Assembly (NCBI GenBank): GCA_964252035.1
Contig: OZ176205.1
Length of the DNA: 64,000 bases
Strand: one strand, 5' to 3'
Origin: Podarcis erhardii
Lineage: Eukaryota
In this document: in pieces, positions 36,297 to 49,855 of the stretch
Layout: each line of letters begins with the position of its first letter
Numbering within the stretch: position 1 is the stretch's first letter
Made by a program: the position numbers and the translations under genes
Notes under the pieces: generated by a model
What the model was told of the DNA's origin: nothing
What the model saw: only the letters and a program-made list of their open reading frames with translations
The model's database searches: none

Positions 36297-37984
36297 TATA
36301 AAGCATGAGGCTCAGATTGGCTCTTCAGAGTCTCAGTGGGTATGACAAGCAGTGAGTGTCCCTTCCCAGATCCATCCATATATGCTCAAGTATTTTCAGA
36401 ATGGCAGCCTTGCCAGAACGGGTGGGGACTGCATAATCTGGTCTGCATTAAGGTTCCCAAGAGTAATGTAAATATTATTTTCATTGGGAAGTCCAGATTG
36501 AAATTTAAGGAATCTGAAAATGTCCGTATGTCCTGTGTGGGGACTGGGGAAAGAGAAATTTTGAGTGTATTTCTGCTATGCAACTGTGAAATTATTTTTG
36601 TAGAAAGGACTAGTGAAGCAAAGAAAAGCCAATGAAAATTGAGGATTCTTCAAATATATATAATTATAGGGCTACTGATTCAAAACACACTGTTAACTTA
36701 GAGATGGAAAAACATAGGGATTCATCTGTCCCCAGTAGCATGAGACTTTATAACTCTACAGGTCTTCCTTTTTCTATCTTGCATATCTGAGTGTAGTCAT
36801 ACCTTTATCCTTTTCCCTATTTGCAAAGATTGTCTCCCAGTAGTCTAATAAGCTGTTCTTGGAAAGGTTTTAACTTAACCGTCAGACATTTGCAAGGTTA
36901 TTGCAAACAGATCAGAACTGTAACAAGAGTTCCTTCGCTGAATTGATACGTGTTAGGACTATTTCTGTGGACACCATAGCTCAGTAGATGCTCCACCGAA
37001 CAATTTAGGATTCTGCTGATCTGAAAGGTTCGCTCTCTTGGTTGCATCAGTGCGTGGAGAAAATGTTTCAGCCTTCCTTTGCCAGGATGGATCTAAGAAC
37101 CCCTTACAGATGTGTCTTAGTGGCATAGCTTGAATCTATTGGCCAGAGGAGAGCAGTCTGTGAAGACTGATGACTCCAAAGAGGACTCTTAAGTCCTCAC
37201 GGTTCTTGCTGCTGGCTTTGTTGGCTGTGCCTCGTCATCTGACTCTAAAACCGAACCCAAAAGAACTAGAGAAACGCATCGTTCATTGTGCAAATACAAC
37301 TATGTTCCTGAACTACACCTCTTATCATCCCTGACTCTTGGCCACAATGGCTGGGGCTGATGGGAGTTGGAGTCCATCAAGAGCTAGAGGACCAGTGTTT
37401 CCCCAAAGCCAGCATACCACGTGAACTGCCGTGGTTTACCAGGCAAACAAGCTGGGAGACCAGTTGTTTGTTTCATCCTGGTCAACAGGGAGGGCATTTA
37501 CCACATTTCTGAAATACGGGGTGAAGCAGGAGAGGGGGCAAAATTCCCCTCCCATCTTGGCAGGATGATATTCACATTGTGGTAAGTTGTCCCCTGGAGA
37601 AACGGTTATCTGTTTCCTCTCGATGTAGCTGAGGTTAAAGTTTAGCAGAGTGTCAAACGGCACTTTACAGTTTGGCCTGTGTTTTTGTTTCATTTTGAAA
37701 CCAACATGAACCCAGGCGAGTTGCCATCCTGACTAGAGAAAGGCTATAGGAAATACTTCACCCTTCTTCATTTTGTTTTTTTTTTTAAGCTTAACATCAC
37801 CTGCCCTGCCCTGCTTTTTTACCCACAGGGAAAAGAACTGGGGGTTCTTTATCTTTCCCCCCAATGGGTGATTTTTAAATTGTTTTCTTTAAAAACAAAC
37901 AAACCCTAATTGATCATTTTTCAAAATGTTAATAAATAATTTGTTAATCTTTTTCTTCTTCTCAAATAAAAGCAGTGTATAGAA

Positions 37985-38394
37985 GGAGGGCAGGCCTCAC
38001 TATACGCTGCCTTCGTTGACCTAAAAGCAGCCTTTGATACAGTCTCCAGAACCAGACTCTGGGACAGACTACAGGGTACCAATATAGATAGAAGGCTCCT
38101 GCTCTTAATTCAGGCATTGCACGCAAACACGGCTCTTAGAGTCAGGTGCAGCTGCCTAGGACACCTAACAGACCCTATTAAAACCTTCAAAGGAGTCAGG
38201 CAAGGGGGCCTATTGGCCCCTCTACTATTTAATTTCTATTTAAATAACTTAGTATCTGCACTCAATGACTCAGAACTCCACCCGCCGAAGCTTGCAGATT
38301 GGCATATTTCAGTCCTGCTATATGCCGATGATGCGGTAATTCTATCTAGAACCCCCATTGGACTCAAAAGAGCTCTAAGAAAGCTCGCAGCATA
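37985..38394 (+). mobile_element. Internal non-LTR reverse transcriptase fragment (RTE-like) with TSD
   Basis: Open frame YAAFVDLKAAFDTV...GVRQGGLLAPLLFNFYL...VLLYADDAV; 12-bp direct repeat cagtgtatagaa at 37973-37984 and 38395-38406. Confidence 0.9.
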
Positions 38395-39241
38395 CAGTGT
38401 ATAGAAAAGCAATTTTGAGCTGAAAAATTCCTGGAAGGGTCCAGCGCCTTCTTTCTGCGCTTCTTCTGCTCAGGTTCGCAACTTGCCCCTAGCCGATTTT
38501 GAATTTTAATGTATGTGATAGAGAGAAACGCTGTACTCCATGTAAAGTGTCATTTGAACTTGAGATGCTTAGAATTGTCTTGAAACGAACATTTCATCTG
38601 TCAAAGGGCACTGTCCCAGTCTTTTTGGCGGGTATTTTTTGGGGTGGGGTGGGGTGGGGTGTGGGAGGGTTTGCTCCTATCAACTTCCTCCTTCACCACT
38701 CATGATACTTGTTGCTGCTCTTGTGAGGTGTGTGCCATAAGTTGTAACGTTATTATTTCCCCTACGCCTTGTTTCTGTCTCTCGCCCCATCCCATCCGTG
38801 GGTGTGTGTTTGCCTCCTTCAAAGCTTGTTTTCTCAAACCAGCTGAGAATGTGTTCCATGTAATGTGACAGGTGAGAAGTCTACATTTCCAATGGAATAT
38901 TGTCATAATCGTTCCAAGCTTGTGTAGCATGTGCTGCCTATCCATTGCGGAGCAGCTTCCCTTTTCCGACACAAGAAGGGCTATTCCATTGTTGCTGGAA
39001 ATTCTGCAAGTCTTTCAATTAAATGTCGGAATTTGGTGTGCTCCCAGATGATCAAGTTGTATGATTACTGCCTTCTGTTCTGAGCGGATTATAATTTTTT
39101 CAACTTTCTTCTCTTTCCCTTTGATTTCCTTTTAAGTTGTTCTTCCTGTCTCTGCAACTTTTCCAACTGAGTTTTCCTCCGACATGTTGCTTCATTATGC
39201 ATTTTGCTGGTGTCTTTTTTCTTCTCATTTATTTTCGCCAG

Positions 39242-39328
39242 GATAGATATGATTGTGGGTCCCCCGCCCCCTTCAACTCCCCGGCATAAGAAGTATTCAA
39301 CCAAAGGATCACCCCAGTACTCGCCTAG
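39242..39328 (+). CDS. KCNQ2: KCNQ2 alternative cassette exon (rodent exon 15a equivalent), IDMIVGPPPPSTPRHKKYSTKGSPQYSPR
   Basis: ttttcgccag|GATAGAT...TCGCCTAG|gttagg; 87 nt, phase 2-2; matches the mammalian 15a insert IDMIVGPPPPSTPRHKKY...SPQYSPR. Confidence 0.93.
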
Positions 39329-40956
39329 GTTAGGACTTGCCAAAATGCCTCTTTTTCCTGATTCATTTGCTTCCTGTCAACCCCTTTTCATGCCACGTTA
39401 AATGACGGCATTTGTCACGTGCTGCTGACGCATATTGCACCGAATGGCTTGCTCTCCTGGATGTGCTTAATTTACTTTTACTTTTAGAGACACCAAAGGT
39501 GGGCCTTCACAGCCGTGCAAACCCGGAAATGGCCAAAGGACACTTCTCTGATCATCATCATTTTCCATCATTTTCCTTTGATGGAACCATTCGAGGCTCC
39601 CTCAGCTTTTAGGCTTGGGATGGTAAAAGCCATGGCATTTGTGTTGCAGCAATTTCAGTCTCATTTAGAACAAGGAAAGCTGTTTCCTTCTAATGGAGAG
39701 AAATTTCCCAGATAGGCTTGCAATGATGCCAAAATACTTGTAGAAGGTTTTTAACTAGTGGCTCAAGTCTTATGCACAGGCTGAGATCCAGATCTCCATA
39801 TTGGACCCATTCTCTTCGGTGAACAGGGGAAAACTCAATAATTCCCATGTGTCCCAAAGTGTCTTCTACGATAGATGAGATGAGAAACCACGTTGCGCAT
39901 TGCCCTGTGGATAATGCCAATCACAACGTTTCTTTGGTTTGCAACATTCTTCCTGCACAATATGGTAGAACATTGCTTTCCCAATAAGCTCTAAAAGCTT
40001 ATATGAGGTTTTACACTGAAAAGGTTACGAATGGCAGAGAAGCTTCCCTGAACGAGAGCTTGCTCACAGCATGCATTCATCTGGAATTGCAGGGGAGTGT
40101 TGAATGGGGTCTCATCACACATGGAGTAGTAACAGTGGTTCTGATGATGCTGGCCCATGCAACATAACCCAACGTTCTCATGGCAGACACACAGGGGTAT
40201 GTGGGCAGACAAGTCAATATGGAAAAGGTTCCCTGAATATACATATAAAATATTAAATGCATCGTACTAGAGAGAGGCTACAATTACCCCCTGGTTTATT
40301 CTCACTTATTTCTAGTTAATAACATTTAACTGCAGCTTAAAGAAGGCTTCAAGATCCTTAAATACAGTAATTATATCTAGTGCAACCAAGAACTTGTAAA
40401 CTGTAATTACATCAATGTAGACTGCTGTTTAATTATGAATTACTTAATCAATCAATCGCCTTCCATATACGTCTCAAGGCGAAGTGCAGAATGCACTAAA
40501 AACAGTTGAGAATAACACACAAAAACAGCAACAGATGAATTTGAAATACAGAGTAGACTCCCATTGTAGAGACCTGTTCAGCTTGGAACAAAAACGTCTT
40601 CAGTTGCTTGTTGACACACAAATTCTGCTTCATAGAATGGGCGGCCACACTAAAACCCCTGCTCTGAGTTATGGTAGAATGGACTTCTACCATATGTTGT
40701 ATCTCACAGCCATGGCTTTAGCTTGGCTCCGTACCAGAGAGATCCAAAACGGTTAGCGATTGAATGTCACAGCTCCAGGAGGAGCCAGATCGCCGACCCC
40801 ATCAGTAGTATACCAGCATTCCTAAACTCAGCATTCCTAAACTGTAGATAGCACTATGGGATTTTTGAAGAGCGGTACAATCCGGGCCACCACACCAGCT
40901 GAATTCACATCCCATGACATTTGCTGTCAGGTACCACTTACCCGAGATGATATGTT

Positions 40957-41449
40957 GTTTTTTTAAATAATATTTATTACTTTTAAACCTTACAAACAAG
41001 AAGAAAAAGAAAAGGAGAAAAAAGAAGAAAAAAACAAAAGAAAGAAAAAACAATACAATACAATATATAAACAATACACCACACAACATTAACGCATTAA
41101 ACTAAATAAAACAGAACAAAAACAATTTAAAAACATACATCATACCATTTCAATGCCTTATCTTTCATTCCCTTGTTTCATCGACTTCCTCTCACCTCCC
41201 TTTTTGTATTCCACTTCTATTAATTGTTTCAGCAAATCCTTTCCATCTTTCACTATTTTCTGTCATATAAATATCTTAACTTATTTTAACCTTATTTCCA
41301 TTAATACTATAATACTTATTTATGCTTAACTCCTTATAACACTTCTACTAAGGCCATATAATTTCATTCCAACATTTTTCTAACACTCATTAATTTTACC
41401 CTATTTCTATAAATAAACTTTAAACTTTTTCCAATCTTCTTCCACCGTC
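40957..41449 (-). mobile_element. L1/Tx1-like LINE 3' end, same family as 13102-13558
   Basis: Collinear homology to 13102-13558; 17-bp TSD acccgagatgatatgtt at 40940-40956 and 41450-41466. Confidence 0.85.
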
Positions 41450-41576
41450 ACCCGAGATGATATGTTAACTCAGCATCTGAGCTCAGTGAGAGAACTCCAT
41501 TGTGAAACAGGATCGTTTCAGAGGCTAAGCAGGTCCCACCAGTGTAAAACAACATACATGAACACAGTACAAAATA

Positions 41577-41830
41577 CAGTCATACCTCGGGTTGAATACG
41601 CTTCGTGTTGAGCGCGTTTGAGTTGTGCTCCACGGCAACCTGGAAGTAATGGAGCGCGTTACTTCCGGGTTTCGTTGCTTGCGCATGCACAGACGCTCAA
41701 AATGATGTCATGCGCAGAAGCGACAAAAAGCGATGTGTGCATGCGCAGACGTGCCGTCGCTAGTTACGTTTGCTTCTAGATGCGAACGGGGCTCCGGAAC
41801 GGATCCCATTCATATCTAGAGGTACCACTG
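41577..41830. mobile_element. Tc1/mariner (Tigger-like) MITE
   Basis: TIRs cagtcatacctc / gaggtaccactg; TA flanks. Confidence 0.85.
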
Positions 41831-42656
41831 TATTCTTGTGGTGCTGCAGTATGAAATCCACTGGGCCCATGCAGTGAGTTAGGGCATGTGAGTGATCCGC
41901 TCTGTGGTATATACTGTTTGCGTATACCAGGCCTTAAGAGATTCTTTCACTAGCCAACCTGTTTGTCACTTGGTTAACTGATTCGTTTAAAATAGTGAAT
42001 CCAAAGTCCTGAGTGACTACAGTTAGCTTAACTGTGCTAGGTTTTTGGAGAAGAGATTGCATTCCATGTCAATTTGTAAATTGCTGGTAGCCAAGTCATG
42101 GCTTCCAAGGCTCATTTGTGTCCTCTGCAGGCTGCTGTTGAAAAGAAAATGGATTACAAGGTATTCATTCACACCCAGTTGGACACACTCCCATTGTTTA
42201 TCTCCCTGGCTTGCTGCCATTGTCCAGCATCCAAGGAATTATGTTACATTTGGCCAAGGGAGCCTGGATTTGTGTTTCTCAAAACAAGCACCACACTCGC
42301 TTTCCCTGGCCACATACCAAGTGCTTTTTGAAATGGGAGGGTGGTCTGAAAATCAGATTTGGATACCCAAGTGATGGGTGACTGTCTGGGACCTCCCATT
42401 CTAAGTAGCAAAATCAAAGATTCCAGTGGGGGCACATCAGCTGTCATGTGCCCCTAAATAAATCCTTTGAAGGATTAGAATGCGAGTAGGTTAGACAGAT
42501 TTGCAATCTGGTGGTAATACTGGCCACAATCCAGTTCCTACTTGGAGAAGTCCTATTGTAATAAAGGGGTTCCTCAAGAATCTGTTGTTTGTTGTTTGAA
42601 GACAGAGACATGTGGACCAAACCATCATTTTAAAAATGTGAAGAAGGAAAGTGGCG

Positions 42657-42658
<2 letters not shown>

Positions 42659-42698
<40 letters not shown>
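42659..42698. repeat. (CA)n microsatellite
   Basis: Direct reading. Confidence 0.95.
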
Positions 42699-42703
<5 letters not shown>

Positions 42704-42710
42704 ATATATA

Positions 42711-42871
42711 CAGTCACACCTCGGGTTACAGACGCTTCGGGTTGTGCACTAAATCGCACTTTGTGCATGTGCAGAAGAGCCGAAACGTGACCCGTGTGTG
42801 CGCAGACATAGCACTGCAGGTTGTGAATGTGCTTCCCGCACGGATCACGTTCACAACCCAAGCGTCCACCG
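42711..42871. mobile_element. Degenerate Tigger-like MITE
   Basis: Left TIR cagtcacacctcgggtt; homologous to the 41577 copy; right end eroded into (TATG)n. Confidence 0.65.
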
Positions 42872-43469
42872 AGTATGTATGTATGTATGTATGTGTGTGA
42901 GTGTGTGTATACATATATCACAAAACAGGTCAAATTTATTTTGACAGTGCATCTTAATTCTAGGGTTCAGAATAGAGAACCACATTTCATGATCTCGTTT
43001 ATTGTCACTAAAAATTCAGAAAGGTATGCTGCTGGTATTCCCTTTGGACCAAGAGGGATTAAGAGAATTGGAGAGCTGAACTTCACTTTCAGAAAAGTCA
43101 CATGGCACAGTCCCCCTTGCACAGCACTACTTCAGGCTTTAGAAGAGAATCACATAATTTGGTGCTTATTTATTTGTTTACCAGGGAAAGCTAGCAGAGC
43201 ATTGGACTAGGATTGAGGAGATCTGAGTTCAAATCCCCACCTAGCTCACTGGGCAACACTGAGCCGGTCACTCTCCCTCAATTCGTCCATCTATTTGTTG
43301 TGAGCATAAAACAGTGGTTGTGTGGAATAAGTCTGCTGATAAGTAAAAATAAACGGAGACTGTGAAGAATAGTTCCAGGGCATCCCTCTTCGTAATGTGC
43401 AAGCATTCCCCATGCAGGGATTTTATTTTGTGAGGGGCCATCAGCACAGCCTCCCCCATTCTGAAATAA

Positions 43470-44071
43470 TAATTTAATAATAATAATAATAATTTATTAT
43501 TTATACCCCACCCATCTGGCTGGGTTTCCCCAGCCATTCTGGGTGGCTTCCAACTGAATATTAAAAACAATACAGCATCAGACATTAAAAACTTCCCTAA
43601 ACAGGGCCACCTTCAGTTGTCTTTTAGAAGTAAAATAGTTGTTTATTGCCTTGACATCTGCTGGGAGGGCGTTCCACAGAGCAGGCGCCACTATCGATAA
43701 GGCCCTCTGCCTGGTTCCCTGTAACCCCACTTCTCGCAGTGAGGGAACCACCAGAAGGCCCTTGGCGCTGGACCTCAGCGTCTAGGCAGAATGATGGGGG
43801 TGGAGACGCTCCTTCAGATATACTGGACCGAGGCCATTTAAGGCTTTAAAGGTCATCACCAACACTTTGAATTGTGCTCGGAAATATACTGGGAGCCAAT
43901 GAAGATCTTTCGGGACCGGTGTTATATGGTATTGGCGGCCACTCACAGTCACCAGTCTAGCTGCCGCATTCTGGATTAATTGCAGTTTCCAAGTCACCTT
44001 CAAAGGTAGCCCCACGTAGAGCGCATTACAGTAGTCCAAGCGGGAGATAACTAGAGTATGCACCACTCTGG
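43470..44071 (-). mobile_element. L2 LINE 3' fragment
   Basis: ORF 43782..44132: VISRLDYCNALYVGLPLKV...QNAAARLV...HITP...LHWLP, the L2 hallmark. Confidence 0.92.
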
Positions 44072-45164
44072 CAAAAAAATAAAATTTAAAAAAATAAAAT
44101 GAACAGTTCCAGGAGGGCATCACCAAATGCATGGTATTTCTGAATGTGTAGTTCAGTTATTAAGGTGTGTCCGGACTGGTGGTTTTTCATGCAACATGGG
44201 GATTTGTCCCATTACAAACAACCATGTTGCCAGGGATAACCTAACAAATATTTCAAACCAGTCTGAGGGTAAGTAGCCAGTCATATGATATGGATGAAAA
44301 GGGTTCGCTCCAGTGCCTGGATTGTGCTCAGAAGGCAATTTTTTAAAAAAATATACCTTCATTCTAAAAATTCATCTCTTTCTCTCTCTCTCTCTCTTTC
44401 TTTCTCTTTTTGTGCCTCATTTGAGTAGCCTTGACCTTTGCGCTATCTGCTTTTGGCCAGAGGATGAACCTACGAACCCGTCTATTTGCATGTTTCCATA
44501 AGCATGGAACATAATGAAGCATGAGAGAAACCTGCACCCTGGCTGAGCCGAGAATTTATATATACATATATATTATTTCTTTCCGCATTGTTTCAAAGAA
44601 GGAGAGTCACTGTTACAAACGATTAACATGGAGTGAAGTCTTTTTCCATCCCAAGTTAGCGGTGTGCAATGAGATAACTTTCTCCGTATTGTCTCTGGGT
44701 AGCAAGTGGCTCTCTAGAAGTAACACATATTGATCGATCTATCAGTCTATATCACTATTTGGATAGGTGCAGCTAAGGTGTGCGTAAATCAAAAACTTTA
44801 ATTAACAGATCACAGGTTTAGCACCAACTGAAGGTGCTGATATGCTTAGGACTGAAACTACTGGTCTTTTCACCCCATCTCAGAGGGGGACATCACTCAG
44901 ACTTCAGGTTTAAAAGTAATATACCTCTGGGTACCAGCTGCTGGGAGCATCAGTGGGAAAGGGGGCTGCTGTTTTCATGCTTTGCTTGTGATCATCCCAC
45001 AACCACCTGGTTGGCCACTTTGGAGGACAGAATTCTTGGTGAGATGGGCCATTAGTCTGATCTAGAAGAGTTCTTTTCACCTCATATACACAAGTAGGAA
45101 TTGTAACATCCATAGAGTATTGGTAGAGTTTATAAAGGTAAAAAACAGTCAAAGGTGATTATGG

Positions 45165-45320
45165 GGTGTGGTGCTTATTTCTGGCGCAATGGAACGCTGT
45201 GATGGAAGCCAGAGCACACGGAAGCACTGTTTAGCTTCCCGACGCAGCGGTACCTATTTATCTGCTTGCACTGGTGTGCTTTCGAACTGCTAGGTTGGCA
45301 GGAGCTGGGGCAGAGCAGCA
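45165..45320 (-). mobile_element. Old, diverged Sauria SINE fragment
   Basis: gcggtacctatttatctgcttgcac...ttcgaactgctaggttggcaggagc. Confidence 0.7.
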
Positions 45321-45582
45321 GTTTGTAACTCCTGTTGTGCAGATGGTGTCTCCTTCCATTCATTTTGACGTCACACTACACTCTCCTTAGGGATGTTTCA
45401 CCATCAAGACACAGTGACAAACCCGGCATTCTATCTAGTGCAGTTCAGCAGGGAGCTGCCATTAATCCTGGCTCCCTGATGAGTGTCCTTGTCTTTACAC
45501 ATTTGCAAACATATGTTCGTTGCATTCACACATTCTGTGTTTAGGTGTGCTCATGAGACATTTTCGTTAGAAGAGTACTATA

Positions 45583-46078
45583 CAATGGTACCTTGGTTCT
45601 CAAACTCAATCCATTCTTGAAGTCCCTTCCAAAACCAAAGTGTTCCAAAACCAAGGTGCGCTTTCCCATAGAAAGTAGTGCACAATGGATTAATTTGTTC
45701 CAGACTTTTAAAAACAACCCCTAAAACAGCAATTTAACATGCATTTTACTATCTAATGAGTACTATCTAACAAAGTACTGCAGTCACACAATCAGTCAGT
45801 CAGTCAGTCAGTAGCTGAACTGGATTCCACACAGTCACAAAAACAAAACAAAAAGAGCAGGGTAAACAAAACCACAAAATAAATAGCAAAAACAGACAGA
45901 CCTCAGAGTAACATCTAAAACGCATGTGTGGCACTCAAATCGGAAGCGTAACACTAAAAACGGAGCACGTTCGGCTTCCGAAAAAAGTTCGCAAACCAGA
46001 AAACCTACTTCCGGGTTTTCAGTGTTTGGGTTCCAAGTTGTTTAAGTACCAAGGCATTTGAGAATCAAGGTACCACTG
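45583..46078. mobile_element. Tc1/mariner (Tigger-like) MITE
   Basis: TIRs caatggtaccttggttctc / gagaatcaaggtaccactg; TA flanks. Confidence 0.85.
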
Positions 46079-46992
46079 TAATGTGTGAATGATCCCTTAG
46101 ACTGGAGCTTGAAGCTCCTGCTTTGAACCAATTGTGCAGTTTCCAGAGGGGAGCAGAGAAGATGATCACTCTCCATTTCTGTTCTTTGAGTAACAGAGAG
46201 GCATTCTTAACCCCACCACCCAAAATAATCCACTTCATTGATGTGGGGATACCTGATCCCATACTGAAAGGACAATGTATATAGGCACAAGATCGCACAT
46301 TGGCTTTGATGCGACTAAATTGCAATTCATAATTGATTTATGGTTCTGTTCATGCTGTGTTTGTAGCTCAATAAATGCCATTAGATAGGGGTGTTCCATT
46401 TAGACCCCACACTCATGACCTTCATCTTCCTACCTCTTAGATTCATTTATTTGGTTTTCCTTCTTTATCGGAGAAAGAATACTAGATGTATGGTTTCTTA
46501 CAAAAAACATAACTCGTGACCCGCTGACCAGAACTTTTTTGAAAGGATATGTTCCTGTTGATCCACAAAATGTAGCAACTATTGACTTTTACAAGGGAAT
46601 ATGCACAACGCCTGTGTGGTGAACATCAAAAAAATATGGAACGAGCTCTTACATTGGTCTTGTCAGCATTCACTTATGTGTTGCTCTGTAATTTGCAACA
46701 CCCACTGGATATATGAAGAATTTTCAGTGCCCAAATCCATGCAACTTCCTTTTGGTGGAAGAGGATGCCCTGCCCATTACACTATGTTGTGCTCCTCATT
46801 TTGATGGTTGATTGCGCAGAGGCTCCACTTGTGTCATTCCTCTCACTCAAAAAAAGAAAAGAGCTTTTGTGTGTCAGCACTGAGAACCCAACTCATATGC
46901 ATGGGGAAGGGTGGGGAGGCACACAGCTCTGAAAAAACACGGAAGCCCAGTGAGCTGTGCAAACTGGTGAATTCCCTTGTGATTATTTACAG

Positions 46993-48002
46993 CAGGGGTG
47001 GTGTCAGGAATGAGCCAGCTCCAAGCGAAGGTTTGCAGCCAACAGCAGAAAGCAGCCAGGAACAGAGAGGCTTAGATGTTAGTCAGGCAGGGGAGAGACG
47101 GCAGCTGCAGACTTTGGATCTTCCTGACCTTGATGGGCTGGCTGATAAGGCAGAAGCTGAGAGTGGGCTGGAACACAGCCAAAGCTCTCAGGGAGCTCAG
47201 ACAGGGGCGAACAGAGAGTCTCTCGGAAAAGGAGGAGGATGGAGATGATCCAATAAGTCTGAGGAGTCGACGAATGGGAGGGCTGCTAGACAGGAAGCAA
47301 AACAAGAGACATAAGGTGTGAAAGTTTAATATATTCTATAGACACCGGAAGGAGTCTTCAGAAGGGTCATCTTGAGTAATGATGCCAGAGGCTTTGTTAG
47401 AGCTGTCTGGAGCTATCTGTTTTTGCAATAAATCCTCCTTTGTAATTATCTACGCTTAGTGTGTTATCAAGCTGGGAAATTGGACTCCTGACAGGTGGGG
47501 AACATTTGGCCCATTGGCCAATTTTGGCCCATCATGGGGTTTACTTGGGCCCATGAGACTATTTCCCCAAATGGCTCCCACCTGTCAATAATCATAAATA
47601 ATAAATTTGTTCTTTATACCCTACCCATCTGTCTGGGTTTCCCCAGCCACTCTGGGGAATATGCCACTCAATCAGCTGACATCACACACTGAGTGACATT
47701 AACCGATGGGTGGGGTTCAATCCTGCTTCACCAGTGTGTTCCCTGGTGGTGCAGACCCCTGCAGGGAGCAGGATTGAACCCTGCTGGGGGCTGCTTCCTG
47801 AGTGCATTCCTTGGTGAAGCATCTCCGTCCCCTCAGCCCTGTGGGTCAGCCAACAGGTGGGCAGGGCCACCTACCTATCAGCCACCTGATGTCATTGTGA
47901 TGTCAGATGATTGACAGGTGAGCAGTCCATCCTTTTGTCAAAGTTGGCCCATGGAGTGTGGGGAGATCTGGCCCACCGGGCCACAAAGGTTCCTCACGCC
48001 TG
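46993..48002. mobile_element. hAT-type MITE interrupted by a solo LTR
   Basis: Removing the LTR reconstitutes caggggtggggaacatttggccc; right end aggttcctcacgcctg; flanks atttacag / gtttgcag. Confidence 0.65.
47002..47493. mobile_element. Solo LTR (Gypsy-like), 492 bp
   Basis: tgtcagga...tcctgaca inverted TG..CA termini; 5-bp TSD ggtgg; internal aataaa. Confidence 0.88.
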
Positions 48003-49067
48003 GTTTGCAGTCTTCACATTCTAAACACCCTATAGCAGGTACAAATATAACTCTAACCTTTTCTCTACCAAATTAAGGCATCTTGGTTGGCTGTATGGTT
48101 GAAAATGGCCTTGTGTTTTGCCCCTTTCCTTGGTTTTCATGACAATGTGTAACCGAGAGAGCACCTTTTAATTTTGCAAAGTGCTTTACTATCTTTTTCT
48201 TCTTAACCCCCCTCTTGCCCTTCCCCTGTCTGCATTTGAACTCATAACTCTCATTCATCTCTTTGTGCATGGAACTGTTGCCCACACTGCAGAACTGCAT
48301 AAGAAGCCTTGTTTTAGTTCCTTTTTCTGAAAACCAACTTGGTTCCAGACAAATTTAACGTACTTGTTTTTCTGCTCTTGTTTTCTTCTCTCTGTCACCT
48401 GCACACTTCTGGCATATTATGCAAGGGTAAAGTTGGCCAGGATTAATTAATGGTTCAGGGTTTATTTATTCAGCAAAATATATACACCACGTAATGATAA
48501 TAATAAAAACTCTAAACAGTTTATACAAAATAGCATGAGATACTTATTTAAAAATAGCAGGAAAAACAGGGTGAAAACAGTAGACATAATAAAAAATATC
48601 ACATTTAAAAAACACAAATGTACGTAATAAAACCACATGTCTGGATAGGCTTTTTATTAAATATAAAAAGCAATGCAATGCCTGCCTAATATAAATGACC
48701 ATATTCTGGGGTAGAATGAAGTCTGTGACCTACTATATTAGGTGGAGCTGACACAATCTTTACTCAGAACTGCTGTATTGTAAAATATACTAGGAAACAG
48801 AACTGTCTGCATTAAGCTATGTTTCCATTTGATCAGTGCCAAGAATTAGAAATGCATGGTCCATTGTGTTGGTTGTTGGACTACAACTTCCATCAGCCAC
48901 AGTCACCACAGCTATTGCTCAGGAAGAGATACGGATATGGGGCAATTAAAAATGAGCTCCATGTTGTAGATTAATGTTAGAGAACTCTTGGGTTTGAGAA
49001 AGTTAATAGCTACTATCCAAGACAACAAGGCCATTGTCTGCAAAGTTCACCCCTGCGATCAGGAAAT

Positions 49068-49111
49068 CATCATCATCATCATCATCATTATTATTATTAT
49101 TATTATTATTA
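49068..49111. repeat. Compound (CAT)n(TAT)n microsatellite
   Basis: Direct reading. Confidence 0.9.
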
Positions 49112-49855
49112 TTTACCCATTTAATACGGAAAAAAGCAAACAAACAAAAAAATTACAATTTGGGCATAGGCAGCTGCCCACATCTCAAGGACAGCTGAAA
49201 CAAGTATCAGCTTTTGAGAATGTAGTCTGGATTCAGAGATTTTGAAACTCAAAAAGTCTCATGAAATCCAGAACCAAATTATGGTGCAATGGAGAGTTCA
49301 GATCTTGCAAACTGGAAACCTTAATTTATTATGTCGGTGTCAGTTTTTGGAAACCTATAATTTTGTAAAATTTGTAACATTTTGTAAAATTTGAACTTTC
49401 AAACCGATACCTTTTAACATGAATAAGTGCTGCAGGACTCTTCAGAACTTTTTAGGCAGAGAAGAACAGAAATAATTTTCAGATTAAATATGTAGACAAA
49501 ATCTATCCACAAGCAACTGCCCCAAAACATCCTAATTTATTTGGTAATTAACAGGCTTGACACCAAATTCATCTCAAAGGGCAAGTTTACTATGCATAAT
49601 ATGCCGGATTAGAAGTGGAGCCACGTGTTTTGAACCAATATATATGTCACGTATCAAAATAGAGATATGTTTTTGTGTCCAAGTTTATATTTATATCCCT
49701 CTATTTAGGCAAACAGTTGTGTGATACTTATCAGTTAAGGGGAATACATTTCCTTTGCCCTACAGAGGAGTCAGAATAGAGCAGAGTTCTAGATCCTTGA
49801 TTGTAGCTTACTAACTTCATGGCTTTTTCTGGGGTGGGGTTTGTGCTCCTGGTAG

